From the NCBI GenBank assembly GCA_963733095.1, contig CAVTBV010000013.1, positions 160,001-224,000 of the forward strand: 64,000 bases of DNA. The letters run 5' to 3'. A program made the translations under genes and the position numbers. This document shows positions 8,912 through 19,646 of this stretch, piece after piece. The stretch comes from Candidatus Bathyarchaeota archaeon (GTDB taxonomy: Archaea; Thermoproteota; Bathyarchaeia; Bathyarchaeales; Bathycorpusculaceae). The notes beneath the pieces are model-generated. The model saw only the letters and a list, made by a program, of their open reading frames with translations, did not search any database and had not been told where the DNA came from. Numbering within the stretch: position 1 is the first letter of the stretch; the number at the start of each line of letters is the position of its first letter.

Positions 8912-9964
8912 ATGCCTAAAGTTAAAGTTGCATTAATCGGCGTTGGAAACTGCGCCTCATCCTTCATCCAAGGCATCCAATACTATGGAAAACTCGACAA
9001 ACCCAAAGACAGCGTTGGATTGCGCAACCCCGTTTTAGCGAATTTGAGCCCCAAAGACATAGAGGTGGTCGCAGCGTTTGATGTCGATGACCGCAAAGTT
9101 GGCAAAGATCTCTCTGAAGCAATTTTTGCTCAGCCAAACAACACCCTAATAGTATCTGATGTTCCTTCAATGGGCGTTATGGTTTCTAAAGGTCAATTGC
9201 TTGATGGGGTTGGGACATCAACACAAGCCCTCGTTCAAGTAAGCAAGGAACCAGACGCAGACACAGTTAAAGTCCTCAAGGCAGCTGGCGCGGAAGTCAT
9301 GATTAATCTGCTTCCAAGCGGAGCCACAAAAGCCACACAGTACTACGCAGAACAAGCCCTAGCCGCAGGATGTGCTTTCGTGAACGTTACACCAAACTTC
9401 ATCGCAAGCGACGCCGCATGGGCAAAAAAATTCGCTGACGCAAAACTTCCACTCGTCGGCGACGACTTAGTCGACCAAGTCGGCTCAACCGCACTACACA
9501 AAACCCTGCTTAAACTGCTCTCAGACAGTGGAGTCCGAATAAATGAAACCTACCAGCTCGACGTTGGCGGAGGAACCGAATCCGCAGACACCATGGACCG
9601 CACACGCGATGCAAAACGCTACATCAAAACCGAATCCGTAGCCGCATCAATACCCTACAAAGCCGAAATCGTCGCAGGCTCAACTGACTACGTGGATTTC
9701 CTGAAGAATAAACGCGACAGTTACTTCTTCATCAGCGGCGTCTACTTCTGTAATACACCCATGAAAATCGACCTCAAATTCCAAACTGTTGACGCCCCGA
9801 ACGCGGGGTCAGTTCTGTTTGATGTTGTGCGAGCAGTGAAATTGGCTTTAGACAAAAAACTTGTGGGTGCAGTGGAGCCAGTTTGCGCTTACGGGTTTAA
9901 GCGTCCACCGCAAATGGTTTCGATAGAAGAAGCAGAAACAATGTTCAAAAAATTTGTAGCTTAA
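8912..9964 (+). CDS. ino1: myo-inositol-1-phosphate synthase
   Basis: ALIGVGNCASSFIQG, VGDDL, YQLDVGG, DAPNAG. Confidence 0.88.
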   Translation: MPKVKVALIGVGNCASSFIQGIQYYGKLDKPKDSVGLRNPVLANLSPKDIEVVAAFDVDDRKVGKDLSEAIFAQPNNTLIVSDVPSMGVMVSKGQLLDGVGTSTQALVQVSKEPDADTVKVLKAAGAEVMINLLPSGATKATQYYAEQALAAGCAFVNVTPNFIASDAAWAKKFADAKLPLVGDDLVDQVGSTALHKTLLKLLSDSGVRINETYQLDVGGGTESADTMDRTRDAKRYIKTESVAASIPYKAEIVAGSTDYVDFLKNKRDSYFFISGVYFCNTPMKIDLKFQTVDAPNAGSVLFDVVRAVKLALDKKLVGAVEPVCAYGFKRPPQMVSIEEAETMFKKFVA

Positions 9965-9965
9965 G

Positions 9966-11105
9966 CTAGATTTTTTCTAGCTCACCCAATATTTTATCTT
10001 TAACCCCGTTCTGTTCAAGAGTACTTTTTAGCACAGTTATGGTTTTTACTGGTGTGGGGTCTGCTCCACGCAAAATGGCTAGGTAGACACTTGTGAAGTC
10101 TCCGACTAAGATAGTTGACAGCATTTTCGCCAACGGGGTTGTTCCCTGGGCTTCCAAGTCAATCATAACCAAACCCGCACGCTCCATAATTTGCTTAGAG
10201 ATTTCAATTCGACTCTCGATTTCCACAGGCTCATCGACATCGCGGATCAAAACTATCGTGAACCATTTGCATTGTTCGCCTCTGCCTTCCCAACCGACAA
10301 TCTCGTTATGATCCAGCTCAGAAAAGTATTCCCATTTGGCGGCGGATTTGCTGTTCTCGTTAAACTGCTGCTTAAACCGCTGAGCCACGCTCCGGTAGAA
10401 GCCAAACCCATAGATAATCGGGGTTGATTCACCGATGTTTTGAGCTAAGCCCTTTGCAAAATTCTCGTTAGCCTGTTTTTCCGGGCCATTGTCTTGGCTG
10501 ATTTTTTCGAGAAGACTGAAAGTTTCTTTTAATTCTTCTTTTACGCCTTTAGCTAAGCCTGCCTTTTCCATGTAAACTAGAAGCGGCAAAAGCATATACG
10601 GCAATGCTGCGCGCGGAGGCATTCCGCTGGGAACCTGAAGGTGCGGCACTTTGTGTTTTCGGGCGTATTTTAAGAGTGCACCACCGCTGGTTATGCAGTA
10701 AATCATGCATTTGCGTTTCAGTGCATCAAGGTAACTGCTTAGGGTCTCTTCTGTGTCGCCTGAATAGCTTGTGATGAAAACAAGTGTTTTTTTGTTGGCG
10801 TATGCTGGTAACTTGTATTCTCGGCTAACTTCAACGGGCACGGAAAGTTGGGTTTTTGCCCAGTCTTTAAGCAAGTCGCCGCCGATGGCTGAACCGCCTA
10901 AACCAGCCACGATTATATTGTCGGGTTTAGGGTAATCAACGACGATTTTCTCAGCGTTTTCGGCAGCTTCACGGTAATGTTTAGCTGCGTTAACAGAAAA
11001 ATTTAGCATACCACTCTTATCAACGGCGTTTATTCTCTCAACATTATCCAAAAGTGCTGTTGGCAACTTTGAGTCCTCCAAATAACACGCAGTTTTATAT
11101 CTCAT
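9966..11105 (-). CDS. Bifunctional phosphoglucose/phosphomannose isomerase (SIS)
   Basis: GLGGSAIGG, SYSGDTEET, NENSK, ELDHNEI. Confidence 0.92.
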   Translation of the reverse strand: MRYKTACYLEDSKLPTALLDNVERINAVDKSGMLNFSVNAAKHYREAAENAEKIVVDYPKPDNIIVAGLGGSAIGGDLLKDWAKTQLSVPVEVSREYKLPAYANKKTLVFITSYSGDTEETLSSYLDALKRKCMIYCITSGGALLKYARKHKVPHLQVPSGMPPRAALPYMLLPLLVYMEKAGLAKGVKEELKETFSLLEKISQDNGPEKQANENFAKGLAQNIGESTPIIYGFGFYRSVAQRFKQQFNENSKSAAKWEYFSELDHNEIVGWEGRGEQCKWFTIVLIRDVDEPVEIESRIEISKQIMERAGLVMIDLEAQGTTPLAKMLSTILVGDFTSVYLAILRGADPTPVKTITVLKSTLEQNGVKDKILGELEKI

Positions 11106-11154
11106 CCCACCCTTTTAAGGACAACGCACACAACAACCGCAGAGGCACGACCAT

Positions 11155-12009
11155 ATGGATAAAAAGAAACTTGCAATCGCCATACCCGCATCCACAATCT
11201 CCGACACACCCCACCTTAGAGAAAAAACTGCAAAGATCGGTTTAATTGGACGTGCAGCAGCAATTTTTCGAGTAGACGAAATCATAGTTTACCCCGACAG
11301 CCCAAAAGTTGACCAGCGACGCGATTTGGATTTTATTGCTCTTTTGCTTAATTATTTGGAGACTCCCCAGTACCTGCGGAAAACCTTGTTTAAGCTTGAC
11401 CCAGATTTGGAGTATGCAGGGATTCTTCCACCGTTGCGTACGCCGCATCATCCGTTGAGTGGCAAAACTAAGCATTTGCATGTGGGCGAATACCGTGAGG
11501 GCGTGGTTTTATCTGAGGTAAAAGAGGGCTTGGTGGTTGAAATTGGGGTTCAACAACCAGCGCTTCTGAGACAAAAAGGATTCTCTGTGGGCGAACGTTT
11601 AACTCTGCAAGTAGTTAATGTTGGCAAGCAAATTGAGGTTCAGACTGCAAGTCGCGAGGACGTGCCTGCTTACTGGGGGTATGAGGTTCGCGTGGAGAAA
11701 CGTTCTTTTAGAAAAATGATGGCAGACGCCGAGTTTGATTTAAAGATCGCCACTGCACGGATAGGTGACAACTTTATGGAGGTCGCCTCCAAGATAAGTG
11801 CGCAATGGGCTAAGAGCCAGCAGGTCTTAGTGGCGTTTGGGGCTCCTTCGCGTGGTTTACATGAGATTGTGCAGGATGAGGGCGTGAAACTGGAGGCGGT
11901 TGCGGATTTTGTGGTAAACATGGTTCCATGTCAAGGGACAGCAACGGTTCGCACAGAAGAGGCACTTTTGGCAACATTAGCAATTTTAAACGTTCAATTT
12001 AGCTGTTGA
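11155..12009 (+). CDS. SPOUT RNA methyltransferase (DUF171/MTH1-like)
   Basis: GRAAAIFRVDEI, YLETPQYLRK, GILPPLRTPHH, QGTATVRTEEA. Confidence 0.9.
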   Translation: MDKKKLAIAIPASTISDTPHLREKTAKIGLIGRAAAIFRVDEIIVYPDSPKVDQRRDLDFIALLLNYLETPQYLRKTLFKLDPDLEYAGILPPLRTPHHPLSGKTKHLHVGEYREGVVLSEVKEGLVVEIGVQQPALLRQKGFSVGERLTLQVVNVGKQIEVQTASREDVPAYWGYEVRVEKRSFRKMMADAEFDLKIATARIGDNFMEVASKISAQWAKSQQVLVAFGAPSRGLHEIVQDEGVKLEAVADFVVNMVPCQGTATVRTEEALLATLAILNVQFSC

Positions 12010-12059
12010 CCTTTGCCTTGTTTTTTTAGAGTTTTTTGACAAACAAATAAAAGCTACTT

Positions 12060-13223
12060 TTGTTTATTGTGGAGTCTATGCCCTCTCTTGACCTTGCCAT
12101 GCCCATTGCCCTATTGACCGTGGTAACTGTTGCGATGCTTCTAAACAAACGTGTGGAAGGCAAATTGATGGCGACAGTTGAAGAAAAAGAGTTCAAGACA
12201 CGCGACATAATCCTGCTTGTCGTCTTCATCTCCATCGCGATTACGGTCATAGCCTTAACGACGATGTATGCTCCAGGGCAAGTTTTCCAAAACATCCTCA
12301 TGATAGTTTTCCTCTCATCCTACACAATGTTGCTGTTCACATTCTCATACGTGTTTTCTAACCTTACCAAGATGAAGGCACAACTGCTCTCCGTCGGTTT
12401 CGGTATTGTCAGCTTAGTCGTTGCGTTAGCAAGCCTTTCGGGTCCACTCAGCGACAATTATTCAATTTATCGTGCTGCCGCCTTCTTTGCATTATCCGCC
12501 TTCTGCTTTGGCGCCACACTATTTGAGCAGAAAAAGACCCTTGAAAAGAAATCCCGCTGGTATGTTGCTGCTCAGCCACCCGCATTGTTTGTGTTGCTCT
12601 TCGTGTTATTCAATTTCATCTACGGCGGCACCCTCCAAGTATGGTATCCTATTCTTATGGATGTTTTCGGCTTCACCTTTGCCATCCTCATTATCCTCTA
12701 TCTTTCCTCGTTGTTTAGCTGGAAAACTGTAGGCTTATTTGCGGTTCTCCTAACAATCATGGACATTATTCTGGTAATTGGCACTGGCACGATGGTTACT
12801 GCAGCCAAGCAATTCACTGGGCTGGGTCTTCCTGTCCTAGTTTATCTGCCAAATGTTCCGTTCATCCATTCTGCTACGGGTGCCCTTTTGAGTCGAGGTT
12901 TAGGGTTAGGGGACTTTTTCTTTGCAGGCGTCCTTGCTGTTCAAACATTCAACAAATTTGGTAAAAAAACTGCGTTTGTTGCGGCTATTGCGATGGCGGT
13001 GGCTTTCGGTATTTGGGAAGCGTTCTTGCCAGACATCATAAATGGGCTCATCCCGATTGTTGGAAGAAACATCCAAGGGTTCCCGGGTACATTGATGATT
13101 ATTAGCGGTTGGGCACCTATCGTAGCTTTGAAGTTGCTTTTTGACAGAAATAAGGTGGCTGAGGTGTCTGCGGTTTCGGAACAACCTGAAACACCAAAAG
13201 ACCCAAGTTTACCTATTCAATAA
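12060..13223 (+). CDS. Presenilin/signal-peptide-peptidase-like GxGD intramembrane protease
   Basis: Multi-TM; TIMDII, GLGLGDF, and FPG at the PAL-equivalent position. Confidence 0.65.
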   Translation: MFIVESMPSLDLAMPIALLTVVTVAMLLNKRVEGKLMATVEEKEFKTRDIILLVVFISIAITVIALTTMYAPGQVFQNILMIVFLSSYTMLLFTFSYVFSNLTKMKAQLLSVGFGIVSLVVALASLSGPLSDNYSIYRAAAFFALSAFCFGATLFEQKKTLEKKSRWYVAAQPPALFVLLFVLFNFIYGGTLQVWYPILMDVFGFTFAILIILYLSSLFSWKTVGLFAVLLTIMDIILVIGTGTMVTAAKQFTGLGLPVLVYLPNVPFIHSATGALLSRGLGLGDFFFAGVLAVQTFNKFGKKTAFVAAIAMAVAFGIWEAFLPDIINGLIPIVGRNIQGFPGTLMIISGWAPIVALKLLFDRNKVAEVSAVSEQPETPKDPSLPIQ

Positions 13224-13314
13224 AGTCTTCAAAATGAAAATTTCTTAGGAATTAAATGTAAAGATAAAATATTTTTGGGAATAATAAGATTAAAAATAAG
13301 AAAAAAGGCTTAAT

Positions 13315-13632
13315 TTACCCGAATAGGGCGCCTAATCCTTCTAATGCTGCTTCTTCCTTGGCTTTCTCTTCTTCAGCTTTCTTCTTCTTGTCCTCTGGTG
13401 GAGCTGCTGCTGATTTCTGTTCTGCTGGAGCTGCTACTGGAGCGGCTGCCATCATTGCTGGTGCGGCTTTGATAGCTTCATCAATGTTTACTTCACTGAG
13501 TGATGCTACGAGTGCTTTAACTTGAACTGCATCAACTGTGACACCTGCTGCTTCGAGAACTTTTGTTACTGAAGCTTCGTTGATTTCTTTACCTGCCTTG
13601 TGAAGGAGCATTGCTGCGTAAATATTTTCCAT
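13315..13632 (-). CDS. rpl12: 50S ribosomal stalk protein P1/L12
   Basis: [17 protein letters not shown]..., Ala-rich hinge, EGLGALFG. Confidence 0.97.
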   Translation of the reverse strand: MENIYAAMLLHKAGKEINEASVTKVLEAAGVTVDAVQVKALVASLSEVNIDEAIKAAPAMMAAAPVAAPAEQKSAAAPPEDKKKKAEEEKAKEEAALEGLGALFG

Positions 13633-13916
13633 ACCTTTTCACCTCTTCCAACCTCTACGTCGGGGTATTTTAACCTTTTTAGGTGGTCTGACCTTCCTCC
13701 AAGATTGGAAGCTGGTCGTTACCTGAAATGGCAATTACTTTTGCCGTTTTCTTGCCGTTTAGAAGATTGCCCTTTACCTTAAGAACCTTTCGCACATGGA
13801 TAAGTCAAGTAATAATTCACATTTTTCTTTCCCTACCAACCAAAAATTAATGCTCAACCAACAACACTTATCTTGCAGAACAACTTCATTGCGGATAGTT
13901 TACTGGGTCGGTACTA

Positions 13917-14888
13917 ATGGGAAACATCACTGTAGCCATTCTGGGTGCTTTAGATTACGGTGGCAACCTTGGCAAAAAAGGCACCTCCACAGATATAACC
14001 CTCTACAACCTCAAAAAAGGCGAAGACACCATTACCTTCATTGAGCCCACACGTTACCCCGAACGGTTAGCGCCACTGTTCTATGCATGTGCGTTAGCTA
14101 AAGAAGCCATAATAGTTGTGGATGAACTTAACGCTACCTTTGGAGAACAACTGGTCATGGTCCAGTGTTCAGACATAAAGAGCGGCTACTTCGTTTTGCG
14201 CAATTATATTCCTAAAGAAAAAATCTTGCCCATAATCAAAGGCACAAGTCTTGAAACTTTTGAGTTTGTGGCTGACGATGCCAATGTGCTGCGGGAGAAA
14301 CTCTTAGCAGATGCCGCCAAACAACAACCCGCCCAAACTCCACAACCAGTCGGAACGGTTCCCGTCGATCACGCTTTTAACGTAAAAGGCGTCGGCGTAG
14401 TCATTTTAGGCATAGTCGCATACGGTTCAGTGCAAAAACACACAACCTTAAACGTTCTCCCAGCCTCAAAAACTGCCCAAGTCCGCTCAATACAAAAACA
14501 CGACGACGAATTCGACCTAGCAAGCGAAGGTGACCGCGTTGGGTTAGCACTAAAGAACGTAGACGTTGAAGACCTCGACCGCGGTACCATCCTGACAAAT
14601 GACCCTTCCATCAAAACAGCAACTAAGCTCCAGGTGCAGGCTTCGCTGGTGAAATATTGGCAAACCCCGCTCAAAGTGGGCATGGTTGTTCATGTTGGGC
14701 ATTGGACCCAATTTATAACCGCAAAAGTAGAAGCCGTTAGTGATGTGGGTGACCCTAAGAAACCAACTTTAACATTAACATTGGAAAAGCCTCTTGCTTA
14801 CCGGCCTAACGACAAAGCAGTGTTGATGTATCTTGATGGTGCCAAACTGCGGGTAGCGGGAACAGTTACGCTATCTTGGACGCGCTAA
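13917..14888 (+). CDS. EF-Tu domain II / SelB-II-like protein with degenerate GTPase domain
   Basis: LGKKGTSTDIT, VDHAFNVKGVGVV, RSIQKHD, GDRVGLAL. Confidence 0.8.
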   Translation: MGNITVAILGALDYGGNLGKKGTSTDITLYNLKKGEDTITFIEPTRYPERLAPLFYACALAKEAIIVVDELNATFGEQLVMVQCSDIKSGYFVLRNYIPKEKILPIIKGTSLETFEFVADDANVLREKLLADAAKQQPAQTPQPVGTVPVDHAFNVKGVGVVILGIVAYGSVQKHTTLNVLPASKTAQVRSIQKHDDEFDLASEGDRVGLALKNVDVEDLDRGTILTNDPSIKTATKLQVQASLVKYWQTPLKVGMVVHVGHWTQFITAKVEAVSDVGDPKKPTLTLTLEKPLAYRPNDKAVLMYLDGAKLRVAGTVTLSWTR

Positions 14889-15033
14889 TTTGGGTAACGA
14901 AGGTTTTTGATGCGCAGTCTTGTTCTTGTATCTTGCAGGTTGGGCATACTGCTTACCGCACCATTAGCATCTTAAGCCCGAACTACAAGGAAAATGATAA
15001 GTTCCTGTTTAACGAATGATTATTGGTTGCTGT

Positions 15034-16134
15034 ATGAAGAAAACAGCATTATCCCACGCATTCATTTTGATACTGCTCATCTCTGCAGTCTTTGTAGTTG
15101 GCTTTGCAGATGCGGCACCAACATATCCTATTCCAACCGGACCCTTAACTCCACCCGCTATATCGATGGAGTCGCCTGTAAGCAGGACTTATGTTTCATG
15201 GTTTGTGCCGCTTCAGTTTTCGGTGAACGGCAATTGGGATGGGTATGTGAATCATCTTTCCGTGGAGTTCAGTGTGGACAGCGGGGCACAGTATATTATC
15301 TATGATTCTCACTTTCGCCTAAACGAGATAGGCCAAAACTTTTCAATAACTTTAGGTCCCCTCTCAGAAGGAATGCACCATATCCAAGTCTTTGCAACAG
15401 TCGGCGGCGTCTACCAAACCACTCCAAACTCAACCACACTCAGCATCAACGACTTTACCTCCCAAACCTCAGTATACTTCACCGTAAACACAACCGGGCA
15501 AGCTAAAATTGCAATTCTCTCACCCCAAAACCAAACCTATAACCTAAACAAGGACATACCAGTGGAATTTAATGTAAACACGACTTCTTCAATCGAAAGC
15601 ATGGGCTACACTTTAGACACCCAATCAAACGTTACCATCCCCCGAAACACCACATTGTACGGACCAATACCTGACGGCACGCATACACTCAAAGTCTATT
15701 CAGTATTCAGCGACATACTCCCAGTTTCTTCAACCATCAACTTCACTGTTGACACCACTCCGCCAAACGTCTCCATTCTATCATTAGCAGATGAGACATA
15801 CAACACATCCAAGATACCCTTAGTGTTCACAGTTAACGAGACAACTTCGCTAATCACCTATATCCTTGATGGAAAAGTGTACACTATTGATGGAAACACA
15901 ACCTTGACCGGTCTGCAAAACCAAGCGCACAAGATAACAGTCTACGCAACCGATGAAGCTGGAAACGCTGGAGCTTCAGAAACAATCGATTTTAACGTCC
16001 AAGTGCCAATTCCTTCCCAAAGGGCTCTTGCAATTCTGCCGCCTATGGCAATAGTTCTGATTGGCGGTCTAAGTATCCTTATCTACCTTGAGAGACGCAA
16101 GCAAACAGCTGCCAAAAATCGACAAACAATCTAA
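15034..16134 (+). CDS. Secreted Ig-like repeat protein with C-terminal membrane anchor
   Basis: Signal peptide, repeated SPxNxTYN...FTVN modules, DEAGNAGAS, C-terminal TM followed by RRK. Confidence 0.8.
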   Translation: MKKTALSHAFILILLISAVFVVGFADAAPTYPIPTGPLTPPAISMESPVSRTYVSWFVPLQFSVNGNWDGYVNHLSVEFSVDSGAQYIIYDSHFRLNEIGQNFSITLGPLSEGMHHIQVFATVGGVYQTTPNSTTLSINDFTSQTSVYFTVNTTGQAKIAILSPQNQTYNLNKDIPVEFNVNTTSSIESMGYTLDTQSNVTIPRNTTLYGPIPDGTHTLKVYSVFSDILPVSSTINFTVDTTPPNVSILSLADETYNTSKIPLVFTVNETTSLITYILDGKVYTIDGNTTLTGLQNQAHKITVYATDEAGNAGASETIDFNVQVPIPSQRALAILPPMAIVLIGGLSILIYLERRKQTAAKNRQTI

Positions 16135-16207
16135 ATCGCATGGACAAATAGAATTATTAAAAAAAGAAATATTCCCAAAAAAAGAGCGTTATTGTCTTAT
16201 GTGTTTT

Positions 16208-16436
16208 CAATTACCCTGAGTTGGTGAGCTGGTTACGCCGGCTATTTGTCTTATGCGTGATTTAGTTATGTCTTTTAGCTTGTCAACGGAGTTGGCTTTG
16301 ATTTTGATTAGAAGGTCGTATATACCGTATAGGGTGTATGCTTCTTAGACGCCTTCAATCTGTCTTAGGTTTTCTAATACTTTATCTTGGGAGCCTAAGT
16401 TGGTATTTACTAAGACTACTGCAAAAAATTATACAT
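16208..16436 (-). pseudogene. Lrp/AsnC ligand-binding-domain gene with internal stop
   Basis: AVVLVNTNLGSQDKVLENLRQIEGV*EAYTLYGIYDLLIKIKANSVDKLKDIT...IRQIAGVTS. Confidence 0.75.
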
Positions 16437-16776
16437 TAAACCTATGTGTTCTCCTCTGCTCTTTGCAACATAATTAAGGCTACATGGTTGCATGAAAGAG
16501 CCATCAAGACAGTTCGGTCAAAAAATCCTTTGTCTTTAACTGAAAGAAGCTTTGCGGTCGCAGAACCCCTAACTGACTCTTTGTGTACCAACCTATTAGA
16601 ATCCTAATAACAGATTATTGCAGAAACTGTAGAAGGATATTTCATATTGACTTAAAACAGCCGCATTAGCATGTTGAAAATCTGGATTATTCGTCTATTG
16701 GTCTGCTGGAAGGGTGTCGGCGGTTTTGCGGGTTTGGTTGCAATAATCCATATATCCTGAGGCGTTTCATCAAGGC

Positions 16777-17919
16777 ATGATGATTATGTATCGGACTGGC
16801 ATGGCAAACTTGCCCCTGCATGGAGGGAAGGCTCCTTCTTGGCTTACTGGGCGCATGAGGAAGATGGCTAAGGAAATCGCCAGTATAATCATCGAGGAGC
16901 AGGGCACCGCCAAATTTATTGCGCGGTTGTCGGATCCTTTTTGGTTTCAAGCTTTCGGGTGCGTCCTCGCTTATGACTGGCACAGCAGCGGCGTAACCAC
17001 CGTTGTAACAGGCATCCTCAAAAATGCGCTGTCAGCTGAAGAGCACGGGGTTGTTGTTTGTGGTGGGAAAGGTAGGACTTCGCGGAAAACTCCTAGTGAT
17101 ATAGCGGCGGCAGGCGAAAAATTCGGGTTCTCCGAACAAACCATTGAAGACCTCACATACACAAGCCGCATGACTGCTAAAGTTGACAACACCGCTATCC
17201 AAGCAGGATACCAACTCTACCACCACACCCTACTGGTAACAAGAGAAGAGAAGTGGGCTGTTATTCAGCAGGGTATGAGTGATGAGAACCGTTCGGCGAG
17301 GCGGTATCATTGGCTAAGCGAAAACACCCGGAGTTTCGTTGAGGAACCCCACACTGCAATCGCATGCAACATTAAACGGGAACGTGCCCTTAACATGGTT
17401 GCTCAACAAAGCGAGGCTGCCCGCAAAGCATCTGTCGACCTCTCAAAGGAACCTACACGAAAACTCATGAATCTAATCCAATCTGCCGCTAAACCCATCA
17501 ATCAGGCATCGCTTCAAGATTGGCTTCCTAAATCATCTGACCCATGGCAGATAACCCAAACAACACTCAACATGCCTCGCAACATCAACTGGGACACCCT
17601 TGCCCGAGTCTACGAGTTTCAGCCCAACAATTATGAGGAACTGCTCAGCGTCAAGGGCGTCGGACCTGCAACGGTGCGGGGACTTGCGTTGGTTGCTGAG
17701 TTGGTTTATGGTGAAGAACCCAGCTGGGAAGACCCTGTCAAATTTAGTTTTGCATACGGCGGCAAAGACGGCGTCCCCTACCCAGTGAATCGTCAAGCAA
17801 TGGATGAATCAATTGAAATCCTGCGACAATCGGTGCAGGAAGCAAAAATGGGTGACAAAGAAAAACTTCAATCACTCCAAAGATTGCGCCGTTTTGTTAC
17901 AGCGGATGCAAATTCTTAA
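16777..17919 (+). CDS. DUF763 family protein
   Basis: LPLHGGKAP, DPFWFQAFGCVLAYDWHSSG, FAYGGKDGVPYPV. Confidence 0.9.
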   Translation: MMIMYRTGMANLPLHGGKAPSWLTGRMRKMAKEIASIIIEEQGTAKFIARLSDPFWFQAFGCVLAYDWHSSGVTTVVTGILKNALSAEEHGVVVCGGKGRTSRKTPSDIAAAGEKFGFSEQTIEDLTYTSRMTAKVDNTAIQAGYQLYHHTLLVTREEKWAVIQQGMSDENRSARRYHWLSENTRSFVEEPHTAIACNIKRERALNMVAQQSEAARKASVDLSKEPTRKLMNLIQSAAKPINQASLQDWLPKSSDPWQITQTTLNMPRNINWDTLARVYEFQPNNYEELLSVKGVGPATVRGLALVAELVYGEEPSWEDPVKFSFAYGGKDGVPYPVNRQAMDESIEILRQSVQEAKMGDKEKLQSLQRLRRFVTADANS

Positions 17920-17945
17920 AACTAAAACCTGCCAAATAGACATGT

Positions 17946-18545
17946 ATGTCCGACTCCAACTTTACCAAACAGAGAACGGGTGCAGTTTCAGGCATAATAG
18001 CGCCCATAGTTGCCTTCATCTGCATATTATCTGCCATCGCATCTTACCCCTCGTTCAGCTGGACAAACAACGCCTTAAGCGACTTAGGTGTGGTACAGGG
18101 CATAACGGCGGAGCTCTTCAATTTTGGGCTTTTTGCCAGTGGACTTTTAGCCTTTAATTTTGCGGTGTTCGGTTTGTTCTCGTATCTGGGAAAAAGCTGG
18201 GTGGGCAAAATCGGCTCCGTGGTCTTTGCAGCTGCAACCTTAGCGCTTATTGCCATCAGCGTGTTCAACGAGCATTATTCACCAACCCACTACCTGGTTT
18301 CGGTAGCTTTCTTTACTTTAGCGCCTATTGCGCTTTTCATCTTAACCGCCGGGTTTTTGCTTTGTCATATGCGATCAATGGCGGTTTTTACGGTTGCAGT
18401 TGGAATCGCGGCGGCGCTCCCTTGGCTTTTGTTGTTTGCATTCAACTATGTTCCAAACGTTGCTATTCCCGAGTTTTTGTCAGGACTCACCGTTTCCGTT
18501 TGGGCTATTGTGGTCGGCAAAAAGATGTTAAGCGCTACGGTTTGA
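17946..18545 (+). CDS. DUF998 family membrane protein
   Basis: FSWTNNALSDLG, H..VSVAFF, IPE. Confidence 0.85.
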   Translation: MSDSNFTKQRTGAVSGIIAPIVAFICILSAIASYPSFSWTNNALSDLGVVQGITAELFNFGLFASGLLAFNFAVFGLFSYLGKSWVGKIGSVVFAAATLALIAISVFNEHYSPTHYLVSVAFFTLAPIALFILTAGFLLCHMRSMAVFTVAVGIAAALPWLLLFAFNYVPNVAIPEFLSGLTVSVWAIVVGKKMLSATV

Positions 18546-19536
18546 TTGCGTCAACGTACATTTGAGCGCAACAAAAAGATGAAAAAACGGTTCCATAACC
18601 CATGTTTTTTGCGTATTCAACTGCTTCTTCGCTTGGAAACGCGATAGCGTCAACCCCTGCTTTTAGGGCTAAAACATCTGTTTCGCCGCGGCTTTTCCCT
18701 TTGGGACGCATACAACCCAACACGAGGGGTGTTTGGGGAAACATCTGTCGCGCCAGCGCCGACACCTTGGCTATATCTGCTGGTTTGGGCGGCAGAGTTG
18801 TTGCCATGATTGTTCCGTGGATGGGCATGAACGCAATTATCACGAGTGCTGAGGGTTTGATTTGCCTTATCATTTGGAGCGCTTTTAGTTCGCCGTCGAG
18901 TTTGCCCTCATTTAACCCAACAATAACGTGGGGAACAATGCTTAATTCGGCCTTTTGAAGTGCTTTGAGTGAGTCGGCGTAGTCTTGGACGGTTACTTTG
19001 AGGTTGTAGATTTTCTCGACAGTTTCCGCGGAGCCGATAACATCGATTAATGCAGCGTCAACTCCTGCAGTCTTAAGAGCCATTGCGGTTTCCTGCTTGA
19101 TTATGCCTGTATGGACAAAAACTGTTAAGCCTAACTCTCGCTTAAACCTGCCCAGCACGGGCACAAAATCGTCCAACGGCACCGAACCGTCAGGTAAGCA
19201 TCCGCCACTGACTAAACAACCCACAGCGCCATTCTGCTTGAGCTTGACACCCAACTCTAAGAGCTGCTCAGGCGAGAGTGCAGGCTGCATGGTTTCGAGC
19301 ACTTTGCCGCCGCAGTGCTTACAGTTCAAGGCGCAGGTGTTACCTGTAACAGAGATTGTTGGGAAGTCAGTTGTCGAGGAGCAGTAATGTTTGGTTTTGT
19401 AATAGGTGAAGCTGGGTGCGTAAAAGTGAATTTGGTTTCCTCTTGATTTAAAAGCTTCTGAGTCGAGCAAATCTAAGAGTTCTTCATCTTTTAAGTTCCA
19501 AATCGTTTCTGTGGACAGCTGTACCATATTTTTCAA
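18535..19536 (-). CDS. Radical SAM protein, LipS1-type archaeal lipoyl synthase subunit
   Basis: CALNCKHC, SGGC, GCMRP and C-terminal CC motifs. Confidence 0.75.
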   Translation of the reverse strand: MKNMVQLSTETIWNLKDEELLDLLDSEAFKSRGNQIHFYAPSFTYYKTKHYCSSTTDFPTISVTGNTCALNCKHCGGKVLETMQPALSPEQLLELGVKLKQNGAVGCLVSGGCLPDGSVPLDDFVPVLGRFKRELGLTVFVHTGIIKQETAMALKTAGVDAALIDVIGSAETVEKIYNLKVTVQDYADSLKALQKAELSIVPHVIVGLNEGKLDGELKALQMIRQIKPSALVIIAFMPIHGTIMATTLPPKPADIAKVSALARQMFPQTPLVLGCMRPKGKSRGETDVLALKAGVDAIAFPSEEAVEYAKNMGYGTVFSSFCCAQMYVDAIKP

Positions 19537-19646
19537 GCCTAAAGATATTTATCTTGCTTAATAGGGTAGCGCAACCCAGCTGTTTAAACGACTAAGGAAA
19601 AAAAGTGATCTTCTCAAATGAAACGACTCTGGGTTGCCTCGAACAT

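Noticed and set aside
13917-14888. Selenocysteine machinery (SelB)
   Set aside because: GTPase motifs are degenerate, and no in-frame TGA selenoprotein or tRNA-Sec was seen.
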